Source: Brachymonas sp. (GTDB lineage Bacteria; Pseudomonadota; Gammaproteobacteria; Burkholderiales; Burkholderiaceae_C). From it: 64,000 nt of DNA. Below, in pieces: positions 23,532-35,965 of this stretch. The translations under genes and the position numbers were made by a program. The stretch covers positions 38,629 to 102,628 of the forward strand of contig JBDHSG010000003.1 of NCBI GenBank assembly GCA_039808005.1, given 5' to 3'. The notes beneath the pieces are model-generated. The model had not been told where the DNA came from and did not search any database. It worked only from the letters and a program-made list of their open reading frames with translations. The number at the start of each line of letters is the position of its first letter. Position 1 is the stretch's first letter.

Positions 23532-25592
23532 ATGTTTACCAAAATCCTGATTGCCAACCGCGGCGAAATCGCCTGCCGGATCATCGCGACCGCCAAGAAA
23601 ATGGGCATCGCCACCGTTGCGGTGTATTCCGAAGCCGACAGCGAGGCGCGCCACGTGCAAATGGCCGATGAGGCAGTGCTATTGGGGCCGGCACCTTCGC
23701 GCGAGTCGTATCTGGTGGCAGACAAGATCATTGCTGCGGCCAAGCAGACGGGCGCACAGGCCATCCATCCGGGCTACGGCTTCCTGGCCGAGAACGAAGC
23801 ATTCGCCAGGCGCGTGGAAGAGGAGGGGTTGGTCTTCATCGGCCCCAAGCATCCATCCATCGCGGCCATGGGCGACAAGATCGCCTCCAAGAAGCTGGCG
23901 CTGCAGGCCCAGGTCAACACCATCCCGGGTTACAACGACCCCATTGAATCCGCCGCCCATGCGGTTGAAATCGCCAAGGGGATCGGTTATCCAGTCATGA
24001 TCAAGGCCAGTGCCGGAGGCGGTGGCAAGGGCTTGCGCGTGGCCTTCAATGACAAGGAAGCGGCCGAAGGTTTCGAATCGTGCCGCAACGAGGCGCGCAA
24101 CAGCTTTGGCGACGAGCGCGTGTTCATCGAGAAATTCGTCGAGGAGCCGCGCCACATCGAAATCCAGGTGCTCGGCGACGCATTTGGCAACGTGGTCTAT
24201 CTCAACGAACGCGAATGCTCCATCCAGCGCCGCCACCAGAAGATCATCGAAGAGGCGCCGTCGCCCTTCATCAGCGAGGTGACCCGTAAGGCCATGGGCG
24301 AACAGGCCGTGGCGCTGGCCAAGGCGGTGAACTACCAGAACGCCGGTACGGTCGAATTCGTGGTGGGCAAGAATCAGGATTTCTATTTCCTGGAAATGAA
24401 CACCCGTTTGCAGGTGGAGCATCCGATCACCGAATGCATCACGGGGCTCGACCTGGTGGAGCTGCAATTGCGTGTGGCGGCCGGCGAAAAGCTGCCTTTC
24501 ACGCAAGAGCAGGTGCAGCGCAACGGCTGGGCGATTGAATGCCGCATCAACGCCGAAGATCCGTTCCGCAATTTCCTGCCTTCCACCGGGCGCCTGGTGC
24601 GGTTCAATCCGCCGCCGCAAACCATGTGGCAGGGCAACACGCAGGACCTGCATGGCGTGCGGATCGATACCGGCGTTCAGGACGGCGGCGAGATTTCGAT
24701 GTTCTACGATCCGATGATCGCCAAGCTGATCGTGCACGGCAAAGACCGCAACGACGCCATCGCCAAGGCGCGCGAGGCGCTCAACGGCTTCGTCATCCGT
24801 GGCGTGCAAAGCAACATTCCCTTCCATGCGGCGCTGCTGGCGCATCCCAAATTCATCAGCGGAGATTTCAACACCGGGTTCATCGCCGAACACTATGCGC
24901 AGGGCTTCCGCTCGGAAGACGTGCCGCACGCCGATCCGTACTTCCTGCAGGCCTTGGCCGCGCGTCTGCACATGTGGTACCGCAACCGTGCGCAAGGCCT
25001 GCAAGGCCAATTCTGGGAGGGCAACAAGCGCCTGCCCAGGCGCAAGTTCACTGTTTGCGCCCTGGGCCAGGATGGTCAGAACACCTATGTCAACGTCAGC
25101 CTGGGCGAGGTGGAACTGGGCAAGCCGACCCTCGTCACGGTGCATGCGCCTGATGGCGACCATGAATACAACTTGCTGGTCCGGCACATGCTTGGCGATG
25201 CGCGCATCAGTGGCATCGTCAACGACAAGCCGTTTACGGTCCAGATGGAGCGCGGTGCGGGCAAGAATCCGCTGGTTACGCGCGTCATCCACAACGGTAC
25301 GCAGCTTGATGCGATCGTGATGAGCCCGCGCACAGCCGAACTGCACAAGCTCATGCCCTACAAGGCGCCGCCGGACATGAGCAAGTTCGTGCTCTCTCCC
25401 ATGCCGGGGTTGCTGGTTCATGTGGCGGTGCAGCTGGGGCAGAAGGTGCAGGCTGGTGAACGTGTGGTCGTCATTGAGGCCATGAAGATGGAAAACGTGC
25501 TCTTTGCCACGCGCGACGCGGTGGTGGCCAAAGTGCTGGCGGCGCCCGGAGAAAGCCTGGCCGTGGATCAGCCGATTGTGGAATTCGAGTAA
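23532..25592 (+). CDS. pccA: Propionyl-CoA carboxylase alpha chain (biotin carboxylase plus BCCP)
   Basis: KILIANRGEIA, HPGYGFLAEN, ERECSIQRRHQK, EMNTRLQVEH and the biotinyl site EAMKM. Confidence 0.95.
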   Translation: MFTKILIANRGEIACRIIATAKKMGIATVAVYSEADSEARHVQMADEAVLLGPAPSRESYLVADKIIAAAKQTGAQAIHPGYGFLAENEAFARRVEEEGLVFIGPKHPSIAAMGDKIASKKLALQAQVNTIPGYNDPIESAAHAVEIAKGIGYPVMIKASAGGGGKGLRVAFNDKEAAEGFESCRNEARNSFGDERVFIEKFVEEPRHIEIQVLGDAFGNVVYLNERECSIQRRHQKIIEEAPSPFISEVTRKAMGEQAVALAKAVNYQNAGTVEFVVGKNQDFYFLEMNTRLQVEHPITECITGLDLVELQLRVAAGEKLPFTQEQVQRNGWAIECRINAEDPFRNFLPSTGRLVRFNPPPQTMWQGNTQDLHGVRIDTGVQDGGEISMFYDPMIAKLIVHGKDRNDAIAKAREALNGFVIRGVQSNIPFHAALLAHPKFISGDFNTGFIAEHYAQGFRSEDVPHADPYFLQALAARLHMWYRNRAQGLQGQFWEGNKRLPRRKFTVCALGQDGQNTYVNVSLGEVELGKPTLVTVHAPDGDHEYNLLVRHMLGDARISGIVNDKPFTVQMERGAGKNPLVTRVIHNGTQLDAIVMSPRTAELHKLMPYKAPPDMSKFVLSPMPGLLVHVAVQLGQKVQAGERVVVIEAMKMENVLFATRDAVVAKVLAAPGESLAVDQPIVEFE

Positions 25593-25609
25593 TTCCGTTT
25601 TTGGTTTTT

Positions 25610-25630
25610 GGGTCAGGCGTTGCCTGACCC
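25610..25630 (+). terminator. Hairpin downstream of pccA
   Basis: GGGTCAGGC-gtt-GCCTGACCC, with a T-run a few nt downstream. Confidence 0.5.
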
Positions 25631-25666
25631 GGAGCGTTTTTTTCCCTCTCGGTACACAGAGGGGAC

Positions 25667-25699
25667 AATAAAAAACCCGCCAAAGGCGGGTTTTTTATT
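25667..25699. terminator. Bidirectional intrinsic terminator between pccA and rpmG
   Basis: AATAAAAAACCCGCC-aaa-GGCGGGTTTTTTATT. Confidence 0.85.
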
Positions 25700-25719
25700 G
25701 TGTGTGGGAAATCAGCTGC

Positions 25720-25890
25720 TTATTTCAGCTTGGTTTCCTTGTATTCCACGTGTTTGCGTGCTTTGGGATCAAACTTCATGATCGCCATTTTTTCGGGCAT
25801 GGTCTTCTTGTTCTTGGTCGTGGTGTAGAAATGACCGGTGCCAGCCGAAGATTCGAGCTTGATTTTTTCGCGGGTGCCTTTGGTTGCCAT
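25720..25890 (-). CDS. rpmG: 50S ribosomal protein L33
   Basis: Not in the ORF track. Hand translation: [56 protein letters not shown] (56 aa). Confidence 0.96.
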   Translation of the reverse strand: MATKGTREKIKLESSAGTGHFYTTTKNKKTMPEKMAIMKFDPKARKHVEYKETKLK

Positions 25891-25925
25891 GATGGTGTCC
25901 TTTCAGTGATGCGTGCAGTGCAATA

Positions 25926-26159
25926 TCAGGCCTGACCGCGGGCGCGCATGTCGGCGAGCACGGCATCGATGCCATTTTTGTCGATCAGGCGCAGGGCTGC
26001 GCTGGAAACACGCAGGCGCACCCAGCGGTTTTCGCTTTCCACCCAGAAGCGGCGGTACTGCAGGTTGGGCAGGAACCGGCGCTTGGTTTTGTTGTTGGCA
26101 TGGGAAACATTGTTGCCCACCATCGGGGCCTTGCCCGTCACTTCGCATTTGCGTGCCAT
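25926..26159 (-). CDS. rpmB: 50S ribosomal protein L28
   Basis: [10 protein letters not shown]...[20 protein letters not shown]. Confidence 0.97.
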   Translation of the reverse strand: MARKCEVTGKAPMVGNNVSHANNKTKRRFLPNLQYRRFWVESENRWVRLRVSSAALRLIDKNGIDAVLADMRARGQA

Positions 26160-26412
26160 GAAGACACTCCTTCAAGAGAACGTTTATAGGATTCACAGAG
26201 GGGCGGCAACACTGGCCGCATCTGCACCTCGCCTGCAGCCGCGCAGAATGTGCGCAATGCTGTGTCACCAGCAGGCGGTCACTGGTTATTTGCTGCGTTC
26301 GCCGGTCCGACAGCAGGCCGGCAAGGCGCAGTAGAACCACTCATTATAGCCAGATCAACCGTGTCAATGGGCTGATTTTGCTGCACAATTGTCACAATTG
26401 CATATTCCGTAG

Positions 26413-26772
<360 letters not shown>

Positions 26773-27266
26773 TGTCGCATGGCTCGTCAAAGAGCCATGC
26801 CGGAAACCGCTTCTTTCTGCCTTTCTGATAGGCAATGACGTCTGCTCATGCGGGTGCCCGGATTCCCGTTCCAGTTATGCCAGGGGGTATGGCGAATGAT
26901 GCCTAAATACCATGTGATGCATGTATTGGCCGGGGATTTTTGTATCTATGGGCTTTCGAATCCGGGTACGTTTTTAATGCCGCAACATCTATACAGGAAA
27001 GTGTAATGAATCGCAACAGGGCAGTCAGTTTCTGTCAGTAATTTAGTGTTTGCCCCTATAATGCGCGCGGAGAGGGAAGAGTACTGCTTTCCTCTTTGTT
27101 TTGTCTGCAGTTGCGGTTTTGGGAAGAAGCAAGAATTGCTTTTCTCATCTGGAACGAAGGCGGTTGGTAAATGCCGGATGTTCCTCAGAAAACAGTCGCT
27201 CGCAGGCAAAAAGCAATTTCCGGAAATTGTTTTTGAACCCCGTCATTTTCTGTTGAAGGATCGACA

Positions 27267-27548
27267 ATGAAAAAAGTCATCGCTCTTGCTGCTGTAATCG
27301 CTGCTGCTGCCTCTCTGACTGCTTGTGGCAATGAGACCAAGCCGGTTCAACCCGCTTCTGCCGCTGCCAGCGCCGCCAGTGCTGCCGCTGCTGCCACCGA
27401 GAAAGCCGCTTCCGCTGCAGTTGGTGCCGCTTCTGCCGTGGCTGACGCTGCCACTACTGCTGCTGCCAACGCCGCTTCTGCTGCCAAGGTCGCTGGCGAA
27501 GCTGCTTCCGCTGCCGCAACCGTGGTACAGAACGCTGCTTCCAAGTAA
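27267..27548 (+). CDS. Small Ala-rich lipoprotein
   Basis: MKKVIAL...ASLTA-C lipobox, ASAA-type low-complexity repeats, GCT/GCC-rich codons, followed by a terminator. Confidence 0.8.
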   Translation: MKKVIALAAVIAAAASLTACGNETKPVQPASAAASAASAAAAATEKAASAAVGAASAVADAATTAAANAASAAKVAGEAASAAATVVQNAASK

Positions 27549-27596
27549 TTGCGCGTCGGCCGCGCAGTTCATGCGCGGCGGGTGAGTTCTTACCTG

Positions 27597-27624
27597 AAAA
27601 AAGCCACCGATTGGTGGCTTTTTT
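27597..27624. terminator. Bidirectional intrinsic terminator
   Basis: AAAAAAGCCACC-gatt-GGTGGCTTTTTT. Confidence 0.85.
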
Positions 27625-27885
27625 TCGCCCAATTTTTCCAGATTTGACTGCATGAGGCAGCGTGGCTGGATAGTCTCAGGCGGGCCTTTCCCTGTGTCGC
27701 TTGGCGCTTCAGGTGGCCATGCTGTTTTTCCAGGGCGGCCGTGCATCAGGGGCGATCCTGAACGTGTAGCCATGGCTGCCGGAGCGTGCGATGGATTTGC
27801 ATAGAAGATGCACACACCGAAAGCGTATGTTCCGGCAACTGTGTCTGCGCTTCAGACGGCGTCGATCTGGGGGAACGTATGAATG

Positions 27886-28725
27886 CTAGCTTGGCTGATA
27901 GGCCAGTCGCACATAAATGGGTGCGTAGGGTTCAGCCTGTGTAATGTCGACCAGCATTTCCTTGGCCAGCTCCAGCAGTGCAATGAAGGTGACCACCATC
28001 ACGGCTATGCCTTTGGCGGGTTCAAACAGATCTTCGAATACGACAAAACGGCGCCCTTGCAGGGTTTTCAGTACTTGCCCCATGTACTCGCGTACGCTGA
28101 GTTCTTCGCGCCGGATTCTGTGGCGCTGGACCAAGCGGGCGCGCTGCAGGATTTCCTGCCAGGCCTGTTGCAGATCTTCCACGCAAACCTGGGGCAGCCG
28201 CAGCTGGATGGGCTGTTCGATGCTGATGTGCGGCCGGAAGAAATCGAGTCCGGCCTGCGGCAGTTGTTGCAGGCTCTGGGCTGCCAGCTTGATCTGTTCG
28301 TATTCTCTGAGGCGACGGGCCAGTTCTGCGCGGGGGTCTTCGGGTTCCTGTCCGTCTGCAGATTTCTTGGCAGGCAGCAGCATGCGCGACTTGATTTCGA
28401 TGAGCATTGCGGCCATCAACAGGTATTCGGCGGCAAGCTCCAGATTGCGGTTGCGGATTTCCTCGATATAGTCCAGATACTGGCGCGTCAGCGCCGCCAT
28501 CGGGATGTCTAGGATATTGAAATTCTGTTTGCGGATCAGGTACAGAAGCACGTCTAGCGGACCTTCGAATGCTTCCAGGAATATTTCCAGTGCGTCCGGT
28601 GGAATGTACAGGTCGCGCGGCACCGAAAACAACGGCTCGCCATACAGCCGGGCAACGGCAACGCCATCAACCACCTCGGTCGGGCCTGGCGGCACCTCTG
28701 GCAACAGAGACGGTTCTGCCGTCAT
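27886..28725 (-). CDS. scpA: Segregation and condensation protein A (kleisin)
   Basis: FEGPLDVLLYLIRK, AAEYLLMAAMLIEIKSRMLLP, VVTFIALLELAK. Confidence 0.93.
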   Translation of the reverse strand: MTAEPSLLPEVPPGPTEVVDGVAVARLYGEPLFSVPRDLYIPPDALEIFLEAFEGPLDVLLYLIRKQNFNILDIPMAALTRQYLDYIEEIRNRNLELAAEYLLMAAMLIEIKSRMLLPAKKSADGQEPEDPRAELARRLREYEQIKLAAQSLQQLPQAGLDFFRPHISIEQPIQLRLPQVCVEDLQQAWQEILQRARLVQRHRIRREELSVREYMGQVLKTLQGRRFVVFEDLFEPAKGIAVMVVTFIALLELAKEMLVDITQAEPYAPIYVRLAYQPS

Positions 28726-28970
28726 GGCGCCCGCTGTTCCTGTTCATAAGTCGCCGGTTGTGTCTCGTAGACATACGGCTGCAGCGGGACGTAGGCCGAT
28801 TCAAAACCTTTTTGCAGGATACGGTGCTCTGCCGCCTCGGGGAATTGTGGGCTCCACAGCAAGTCATGTCCCTCCTTTTGGCGGGCTGGCAGGCTGGGGT
28901 CACGCAGCCTGAGTTTCTCTAACAGGAGGCTGACATCGGATTGATAATCGGGACGGCGAAACGGACGCAT
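28722..28970 (-). CDS. DUF3460-family small protein
   Basis: YQSDVSLLLEKLR...RQKEGHDLLW...VPLQPYVY, located directly upstream of scpA. Start taken at MRPFRR. Confidence 0.65.
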   Translation of the reverse strand: MRPFRRPDYQSDVSLLLEKLRLRDPSLPARQKEGHDLLWSPQFPEAAEHRILQKGFESAYVPLQPYVYETQPATYEQEQRAP

Positions 28971-29144
28971 GATGAGAACCCCGGTTGGTTGGACCCTTTT
29001 TACAACAAGACAGTCAGACCTTGGTGGCAAGCTGCTGCATTGTAGAGGACGGTACGGGAGAGGCCGCCTTGCAGGCGTTTCTTCGCCTCCTCCAGCAGAA
29101 CGCCATGTGTGCGGAGCATTGCCCAGGTCAGGTCGTGCAAGCAC

Positions 29145-31286
29145 TCAGCGGATACGCATGCCCGGTTGTGCGCCTTCCCAGGGGTGCAGCACATAAATGC
29201 CGGGATTGGTCTTTTCGTCGCCGTGGCTGGCGGCCAGCACCATGCCTTCGCTTACGCCGAATTTCATCTTGCGCGGCGTCAAGTTGGCAACCAGCACGGT
29301 AAGCTTGCCCTTGAGGTCTTCGGGCTTGTAGGCGCTGGCGATGCCGCTGAAGACGTTGCGCAGCCTGGGCTGTCCGTCTTCGCCTTTTTCGCCAGCATCC
29401 AGCGTCAGACGCAATAGTTTGGTCGATCCTTCGACGGCCTCGCAGGCCAGGATCTTGGCGATGCGCAGGTCGATCCTGGCGAAATCGTCGATGGCGATCG
29501 TCTCGGCCAGCGGTTCGCCGCCAGGGGCATTGGGGTCGATGACGGGGGCTGCTTTCTTGTCGGCCTTTTTGTTTTTTTCCTCTGGATCGGCCTTGGATCC
29601 GGTGTCGGCTGGCGGTTCGAACAGGGCATCGAGTTGCTTCGTATCGACACGCTGCATCAAGTGCTTGTATTCACCAATCTGATGGTCCATTCCGAGCAGC
29701 TGGGCTGCATCGGCAAACTGTTCGGGCGGCACGATGAGGAAGTGCGCCACGTTGGCCGCCAGATTGGGCAGTATGGGCTTGAGGTAGATGGTCAATAGAC
29801 GGAATGCCTCGATACACACCGTGCATACTTCTTGCAGGCGAGCCGATTGCTCGGGGTGCTTGGCCAGTTCCCAGGGCTTGTTGGCATCGACGTAGGCATT
29901 CACGCGGTCGGCCAGAGTCATCACCTCGCGTACAACGCGCGCGGTGTCGCGGTCTTCGTAATTTTGTGCAATGCCGGTGCGCGCGGCCTGCAATTCATCG
30001 AGCAGGGCGCGGCCATCGGGCGGCACTTCGCCCAGGCGGCCGTCGAAGCGTTTGGATAGGAAACCTGCCGCGCGTGAGGCGATGTTCACGTATTTGCCGA
30101 TGAGGTCGGCGTTGACGCGTGCCATGAAGTCTTCGGCGGTGAAATCAATGTCTTCGTTCTTGCCGTTGAGCTTGGCTGCCAGGTAGTAGCGTAGCCATTC
30201 GGGATTCATGCCCAGGTTCAGGTATTTCAGCGGATCCAGGCCCGTACCGCGGCTTTTGCTCATCTTTTCGCCGTTGTTGACAGTGAGGAAGCCGTGCACG
30301 CAGATCTTGGTAGGGGTCTTGCGGCCGCTGAATTTGAGCATGGCGGGCCAGAACAGCGTGTGGAAGGTGATGATGTCCTTGCCGATGAAGTGGTACTGCT
30401 CCAGATCGGGGTTGGCCATGTAGGCGTCATAGCTTTCGCCGCGCTTTTCGAGCAGGTTCTTGAGCGAAGCGAGGTAACCCACGGGCGCGTCGAGCCATAC
30501 ATAGAAGTATTTGCCCGGTGCATCGGGGATCTCTATGCCGAAGTAGGGTGCATCGCGGCTGATATCCCAGTCGCCCAGGCCCTCGCTGGTGGTGCCATCG
30601 GGGTTGGTGCGGATGCCGAACCACTCCTTGATCTTGCGCGCCACCTCGGGTTGCACGTGCTGGCCGTTCTGCGTCCAGTTTTTCAGATAGTCCACGCAGC
30701 GCGGGTCGGAGAGCTTGAAAAAGAAATGTTCAGAACTCTTGAGCACGGGCTTGGCGCCCGTGAGGGTAGAGTAAGGCTCGATCAGCTCGGTGGGCGAATA
30801 GACCGAACTGCATACCTCGCAGTTGTCGCCATATTGGTCTTTGGCGTGGCAGCGCGGGCATTCGCCCTTGATGTAGCGGTCGGGCAGGAACATGCCCTTT
30901 TGCGGGTCGAAGAACTGTTCGACGTTGCGTGCTTCGATTAGGTCGGCCTGCTTCAGATCGAGATAGATCTGTTGGGCCAGTGCCGTGTTTTCGGGGCTGT
31001 GCGTGGAATGCCAGTTGTCGTAGTGGATGTGAAAGCCGTCGAGGTACTGCTTGCGCCCGGCGGCTATATCGGCCACAAACTGCTCAGGCGTTTTGCCGGC
31101 CTTTTCGGCGGCAATCATGATGGGCGCTCCGTGTGCATCGTCGGCGCCGACGAAGTTGACCTGTGCACCCATCATTCGCTGGAACCGCACCCAGGTGTCG
31201 GCCTGGATGTATTCCATGATGTGGCCGATGTGAAACGTGCCGTTGGCATACGGCAAGGCGGTGGTGACGAAAAGCTGGCGCGACAT
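29145..31286 (-). CDS. metG: Methionine--tRNA ligase with C-terminal tRNA-binding domain
   Basis: [13 protein letters not shown] (HIGH), zinc knuckle, KMSKS, C-terminal [11 protein letters not shown]...[10 protein letters not shown]. Confidence 0.98.
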   Translation of the reverse strand: MSRQLFVTTALPYANGTFHIGHIMEYIQADTWVRFQRMMGAQVNFVGADDAHGAPIMIAAEKAGKTPEQFVADIAAGRKQYLDGFHIHYDNWHSTHSPENTALAQQIYLDLKQADLIEARNVEQFFDPQKGMFLPDRYIKGECPRCHAKDQYGDNCEVCSSVYSPTELIEPYSTLTGAKPVLKSSEHFFFKLSDPRCVDYLKNWTQNGQHVQPEVARKIKEWFGIRTNPDGTTSEGLGDWDISRDAPYFGIEIPDAPGKYFYVWLDAPVGYLASLKNLLEKRGESYDAYMANPDLEQYHFIGKDIITFHTLFWPAMLKFSGRKTPTKICVHGFLTVNNGEKMSKSRGTGLDPLKYLNLGMNPEWLRYYLAAKLNGKNEDIDFTAEDFMARVNADLIGKYVNIASRAAGFLSKRFDGRLGEVPPDGRALLDELQAARTGIAQNYEDRDTARVVREVMTLADRVNAYVDANKPWELAKHPEQSARLQEVCTVCIEAFRLLTIYLKPILPNLAANVAHFLIVPPEQFADAAQLLGMDHQIGEYKHLMQRVDTKQLDALFEPPADTGSKADPEEKNKKADKKAAPVIDPNAPGGEPLAETIAIDDFARIDLRIAKILACEAVEGSTKLLRLTLDAGEKGEDGQPRLRNVFSGIASAYKPEDLKGKLTVLVANLTPRKMKFGVSEGMVLAASHGDEKTNPGIYVLHPWEGAQPGMRIR

Positions 31287-31508
31287 GTTGCGATAATCCG
31301 GACAGTAAAAAACACGTCACCGCAAAAGCATGCGGAGACTGAGGGATAAAAAGTCAATTCTATGTGGTCTGCTGGCCGGCGCGTATGCTTGCCCGGGATC
31401 CAGCGTTTCGTGCGCGGTCAGACCGCATCTGGCCTGGCGCATCGGATGGGCTTTGACAATCATGCGATTTGCGCCTGGCGGCTGATTCCAGCCAGGGGAA
31501 AAAACTGA

Positions 31509-32618
<1,110 letters not shown>

Positions 32619-32765
32619 GAGACGTCGATACAGGCGTTTTCGATGTGTGCACATTGTGTTTATAGGGTAAACCCGTATCGCTACAATACCCCTTTTACAC
32701 TTGACTGCGCCGTTCTGTTCCTGTGGTGAGAACGGCCACTCATCAAACGAGGATTCTTGCGCCAA

Positions 32766-33749
32766 ATGGCCAAACCGTATTCCCGAATTGCCGGTACCGG
32801 CAGCTATCTGCCGCCCAGGCGTATAACCAATCAGGATCTGGTGGCGCAGTTGGCCCAGTCCGGGATTGAAACATCGCACGAATGGATTGTTGAGCGCACC
32901 GGTATCGAGGCCCGCCGGTTTGCCGATGAAGGGGTTTGCAGCAGCGACATGGCTGCGCTGGCCGCCCAGAAGGCGCTCGAAGCCGCAGGTGTCGAGGCTG
33001 AGCGGATCGACCTGATCATCGTCGCCACCAGCACGCCCGACATGGTGTTTCCTTCCACCGCCACCATCGTGCAGGACAAGCTTGGCATTCGAAACGGGTG
33101 TCCCGCATTCGACGTACAGGCAGTCTGCAGCGGGTTCATCTATGCCCTGACCGTGGCGGACGCCATGCTCAAATCGGGCACCGCGAGCAGGGCCCTGGTG
33201 ATTGGCTCGGAAGTTTTTTCGCGCATTCTCGATTTCAACGACCGGGGCACCTGTGTCCTGTTTGGCGACGGGGCGGGCGCGGTGGTGCTGGAAGCATCCG
33301 ATGAACCGGGCATTCTGGCCACCGACATCCATGCGGACGGGCGCTATTGCGACATCCTGTGCGTGCCGGGGCATGTGAACAATGGCCAGGTTCAGGGCAG
33401 CCCCCTGTTGCGCATGGACGGACAAGCCGTGTTCAAGCTCGCAGTGCAGGTGCTGGAGCAGACGGCACAAGCCACGTTGCAAAAGGCCGGGGTTTCGTCC
33501 GATCAGATCGATTGGTTGCTGCCGCACCAGGCCAACCTGCGCATCATGCTGGGGACGGCGCGCAAGCTCCGTTTGCCGGCAGAAAAACTGGTCACCACAG
33601 TGCAGGAGCACGGCAACACGTCCGCTGCATCGATTCCACTGGCTCTGGACGAATATGTGCGGGCAGGCCGTATCCGCCGGGGGCACAAGGTGCTGCTCGA
33701 AGGCGTGGGTGGAGGATTCACCTGGGGTTCGGCGTTGGTTCAGTATTAA
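32766..33749 (+). CDS. fabH: Beta-ketoacyl-ACP synthase III
   Basis: [39 protein letters not shown]. Confidence 0.96.
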   Translation: MAKPYSRIAGTGSYLPPRRITNQDLVAQLAQSGIETSHEWIVERTGIEARRFADEGVCSSDMAALAAQKALEAAGVEAERIDLIIVATSTPDMVFPSTATIVQDKLGIRNGCPAFDVQAVCSGFIYALTVADAMLKSGTASRALVIGSEVFSRILDFNDRGTCVLFGDGAGAVVLEASDEPGILATDIHADGRYCDILCVPGHVNNGQVQGSPLLRMDGQAVFKLAVQVLEQTAQATLQKAGVSSDQIDWLLPHQANLRIMLGTARKLRLPAEKLVTTVQEHGNTSAASIPLALDEYVRAGRIRRGHKVLLEGVGGGFTWGSALVQY

Positions 33750-33783
33750 CCGTGCTTCCTATTGGGAAGAAAGCAGATTTTTG

Positions 33784-34731
33784 ATGACATATCCAATTGC
33801 ATTTGTCTTTCCTGGCCAGGGTTCCCAGTCGCCGGGCATGCTCGATGGCTGGGGCGACCATGCCGTGGTGCGCGCCACGCTGCAGGAAGCATCGGACGCC
33901 TTGGGCGAGGATATCGGCCGCCTGATCAGCCAGGGCAGCAAGGAAGAGCTGGCGCTTACCACCAACACCCAGCCGGTGATGCTGGTGGCCGGCATCGCAG
34001 CCTGGCGCATGTGGTGCGCCGAGGGCGGGCCGCGCCCCGCGGCGCTTGCCGGACATTCGCTGGGTGAATATTCGGCGCTGGTGGCTGCAGGCGCGCTCAC
34101 GCTTGCCCAGGCAGCGCCTCTGGTGCGGTTTCGCGCCGCCGCCATGCAGGAAGCCGTGCCGGTGGGTGCTGGCGCCATGGCCGCGATTCTGGGCCTGGAC
34201 GCGGCCACCGTGCGGGAGGTTTGCGTACAAAGCAGTGAAGACGATGGCGAGGTCGCGGAAGCCGTCAATTTCAACGATCCGGCGCAAACCGTCATTGCCG
34301 GTACCCGAATCGGGGTGGAACGTGCCTGCGAGGCTCTCAAGGCCGCAGGCGCCAAGCGCGCCCTCATGCTGCCGGTGTCTGCGCCATTCCATTCACGCTT
34401 GATGAAGCCTGCCGCCGACAAGCTGCGCCAGAAGCTGGCCGAAACGCCATTTGCTACACCGCAGATTCCGGTGATCAACAACATCGATGTGGCGGAGCAG
34501 GTCGAGCCTGAAAAAATCAGGAATGCGCTCTACCGCCAGGCGTTTGGTCCCGTGCGCTGGGTGGAGTGCGTGCAGGCCATTGCGGCGCGAGGCATCGGCA
34601 CCGTGGTGGAATGCGGCCCCGGAAAGGCGCTGACCGGCATGAACAAGCGCATTGACGCCGGATTGCAGGCGCTGTCCGTCGGCGATCCGGAAACGCTGGT
34701 GGCCGCCATGGCGACATTGCAAACGACGTGA
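33784..34731 (+). CDS. fabD: Malonyl-CoA:ACP transacylase
   Basis: FVFPGQGSQ, GHSLGEY, SAPFHS. Start at 33784. Confidence 0.96.
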   Translation: MTYPIAFVFPGQGSQSPGMLDGWGDHAVVRATLQEASDALGEDIGRLISQGSKEELALTTNTQPVMLVAGIAAWRMWCAEGGPRPAALAGHSLGEYSALVAAGALTLAQAAPLVRFRAAAMQEAVPVGAGAMAAILGLDAATVREVCVQSSEDDGEVAEAVNFNDPAQTVIAGTRIGVERACEALKAAGAKRALMLPVSAPFHSRLMKPAADKLRQKLAETPFATPQIPVINNIDVAEQVEPEKIRNALYRQAFGPVRWVECVQAIAARGIGTVVECGPGKALTGMNKRIDAGLQALSVGDPETLVAAMATLQTT

Positions 34732-34742
34732 AGGACATGCAC

Positions 34743-35477
34743 ATGGACAATATCTCAAACAGCCACCCAATTGCCCTCGTCACCGGAGCCACCCGGGGGC
34801 TGGGCGCTGCCATTGCCGCGGCGCTTGAGGCGCAGGGAGTCACCGTGATCGGCACGGCCACCACCCAGCAAGGGGCTGACAAGATCCGCGCGGCCGGAAT
34901 GCAGGGTGTGGTGCTGAATGTTACGGATGGCGAGGCCTGCCAGGCGGTCGTCGACGCCATCGTGAAGGAACATGGCGGCCTGCATATTCTGGTCAACAAC
35001 GCAGGCATCACGCGCGACATGCTGGCGATGCGTTTGAAGGACGAAGACTGGGATGCTGTCCTGGACACCAATCTCAAGGCGGTGTTCCGGCTTTCGCGCG
35101 CCGCCATCAAACCCATGATGAAACAGCGCCAGGGTCGCATCATCAACATCACGAGCGTCGTGGGTGCCAGCGGCAATCCCGGCCAATCCAATTACGCCGC
35201 CGCCAAGGCGGGCGTGGCCGGTATGACCCGCGCCTTGGCGCGCGAACTCGGCAGCAGAGGCATTACGGTCAATTGCGTGGCGCCTGGCTTCATCGACACC
35301 GACATGACCGCCAAGCTCGAAGAAAGCCAGCAGCAGGCGCTGCTGACGCAAATACCGCTGGGGCGACTGGGTAAGCCCGACGACGTGGCCCATGCCGTGG
35401 CTTTCCTGGCTTCGCCGCAGGCCGCCTACATTACGGGGCAGGAACTGCATGTCAACGGCGGCATGTTCATGGCGTAA
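34743..35477 (+). CDS. fabG: 3-oxoacyl-ACP reductase
   Basis: VTGATRGLG, NNAGITRD, NYAAAKAG, VNGGMFM. Confidence 0.96.
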   Translation: MDNISNSHPIALVTGATRGLGAAIAAALEAQGVTVIGTATTQQGADKIRAAGMQGVVLNVTDGEACQAVVDAIVKEHGGLHILVNNAGITRDMLAMRLKDEDWDAVLDTNLKAVFRLSRAAIKPMMKQRQGRIINITSVVGASGNPGQSNYAAAKAGVAGMTRALARELGSRGITVNCVAPGFIDTDMTAKLEESQQQALLTQIPLGRLGKPDDVAHAVAFLASPQAAYITGQELHVNGGMFMA

Positions 35478-35614
35478 ATACGTCGCTGCAGGCTTGTTTT
35501 TGTACGATATCCGCCTCGAAATCGTTATTCCTTGCCCGCTTGTCAGCCAATTGCCATGAATTTCTGCCGCAATTGGCTAGAATGCGGTTTCTTTAACCAC
35601 CCCTGATAGAGTGA

Positions 35615-35857
<243 letters not shown>

Positions 35858-35919
35858 CGCGTGCTTGTGACGCCAGCGTATGTCGCTGGCGGCGCATGCA
35901 GACAAATTCATTTCTGCCT

Positions 35920-35948
35920 GCCCGTCGCGGTGCCATGACGGGCTTTTG
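35920..35948 (+). terminator. Terminator-like hairpin between acpP and fabF
   Basis: GCCCGTC-N10-GACGGGC-TTTTG. Confidence 0.55.
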
Positions 35949-35965
35949 CTCTTTTGAGGAGAGAC

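Noticed and set aside
26343-26367. Perfect TTGACA and TATAAT hexamers upstream of rpmB (minus strand)
   Set aside because: The spacer is only 13 nt, too short for a sigma70 promoter. The -10 may be real, but the pair is not supported.
26368-26382. Possible sigma54 promoter for glnB (TGGGCTGATTTTGC)
   Set aside because: The GG-to-GC spacing is 8-9 nt, not the required 10.
27267-27548. GCT/GCC repeat tract that could be read as a tandem repeat or array, and its antisense Ala-rich ORF (27347-27544)
   Set aside because: Fully explained by the Ala-rich lipoprotein coding sequence; there is no repeat-spacer structure.
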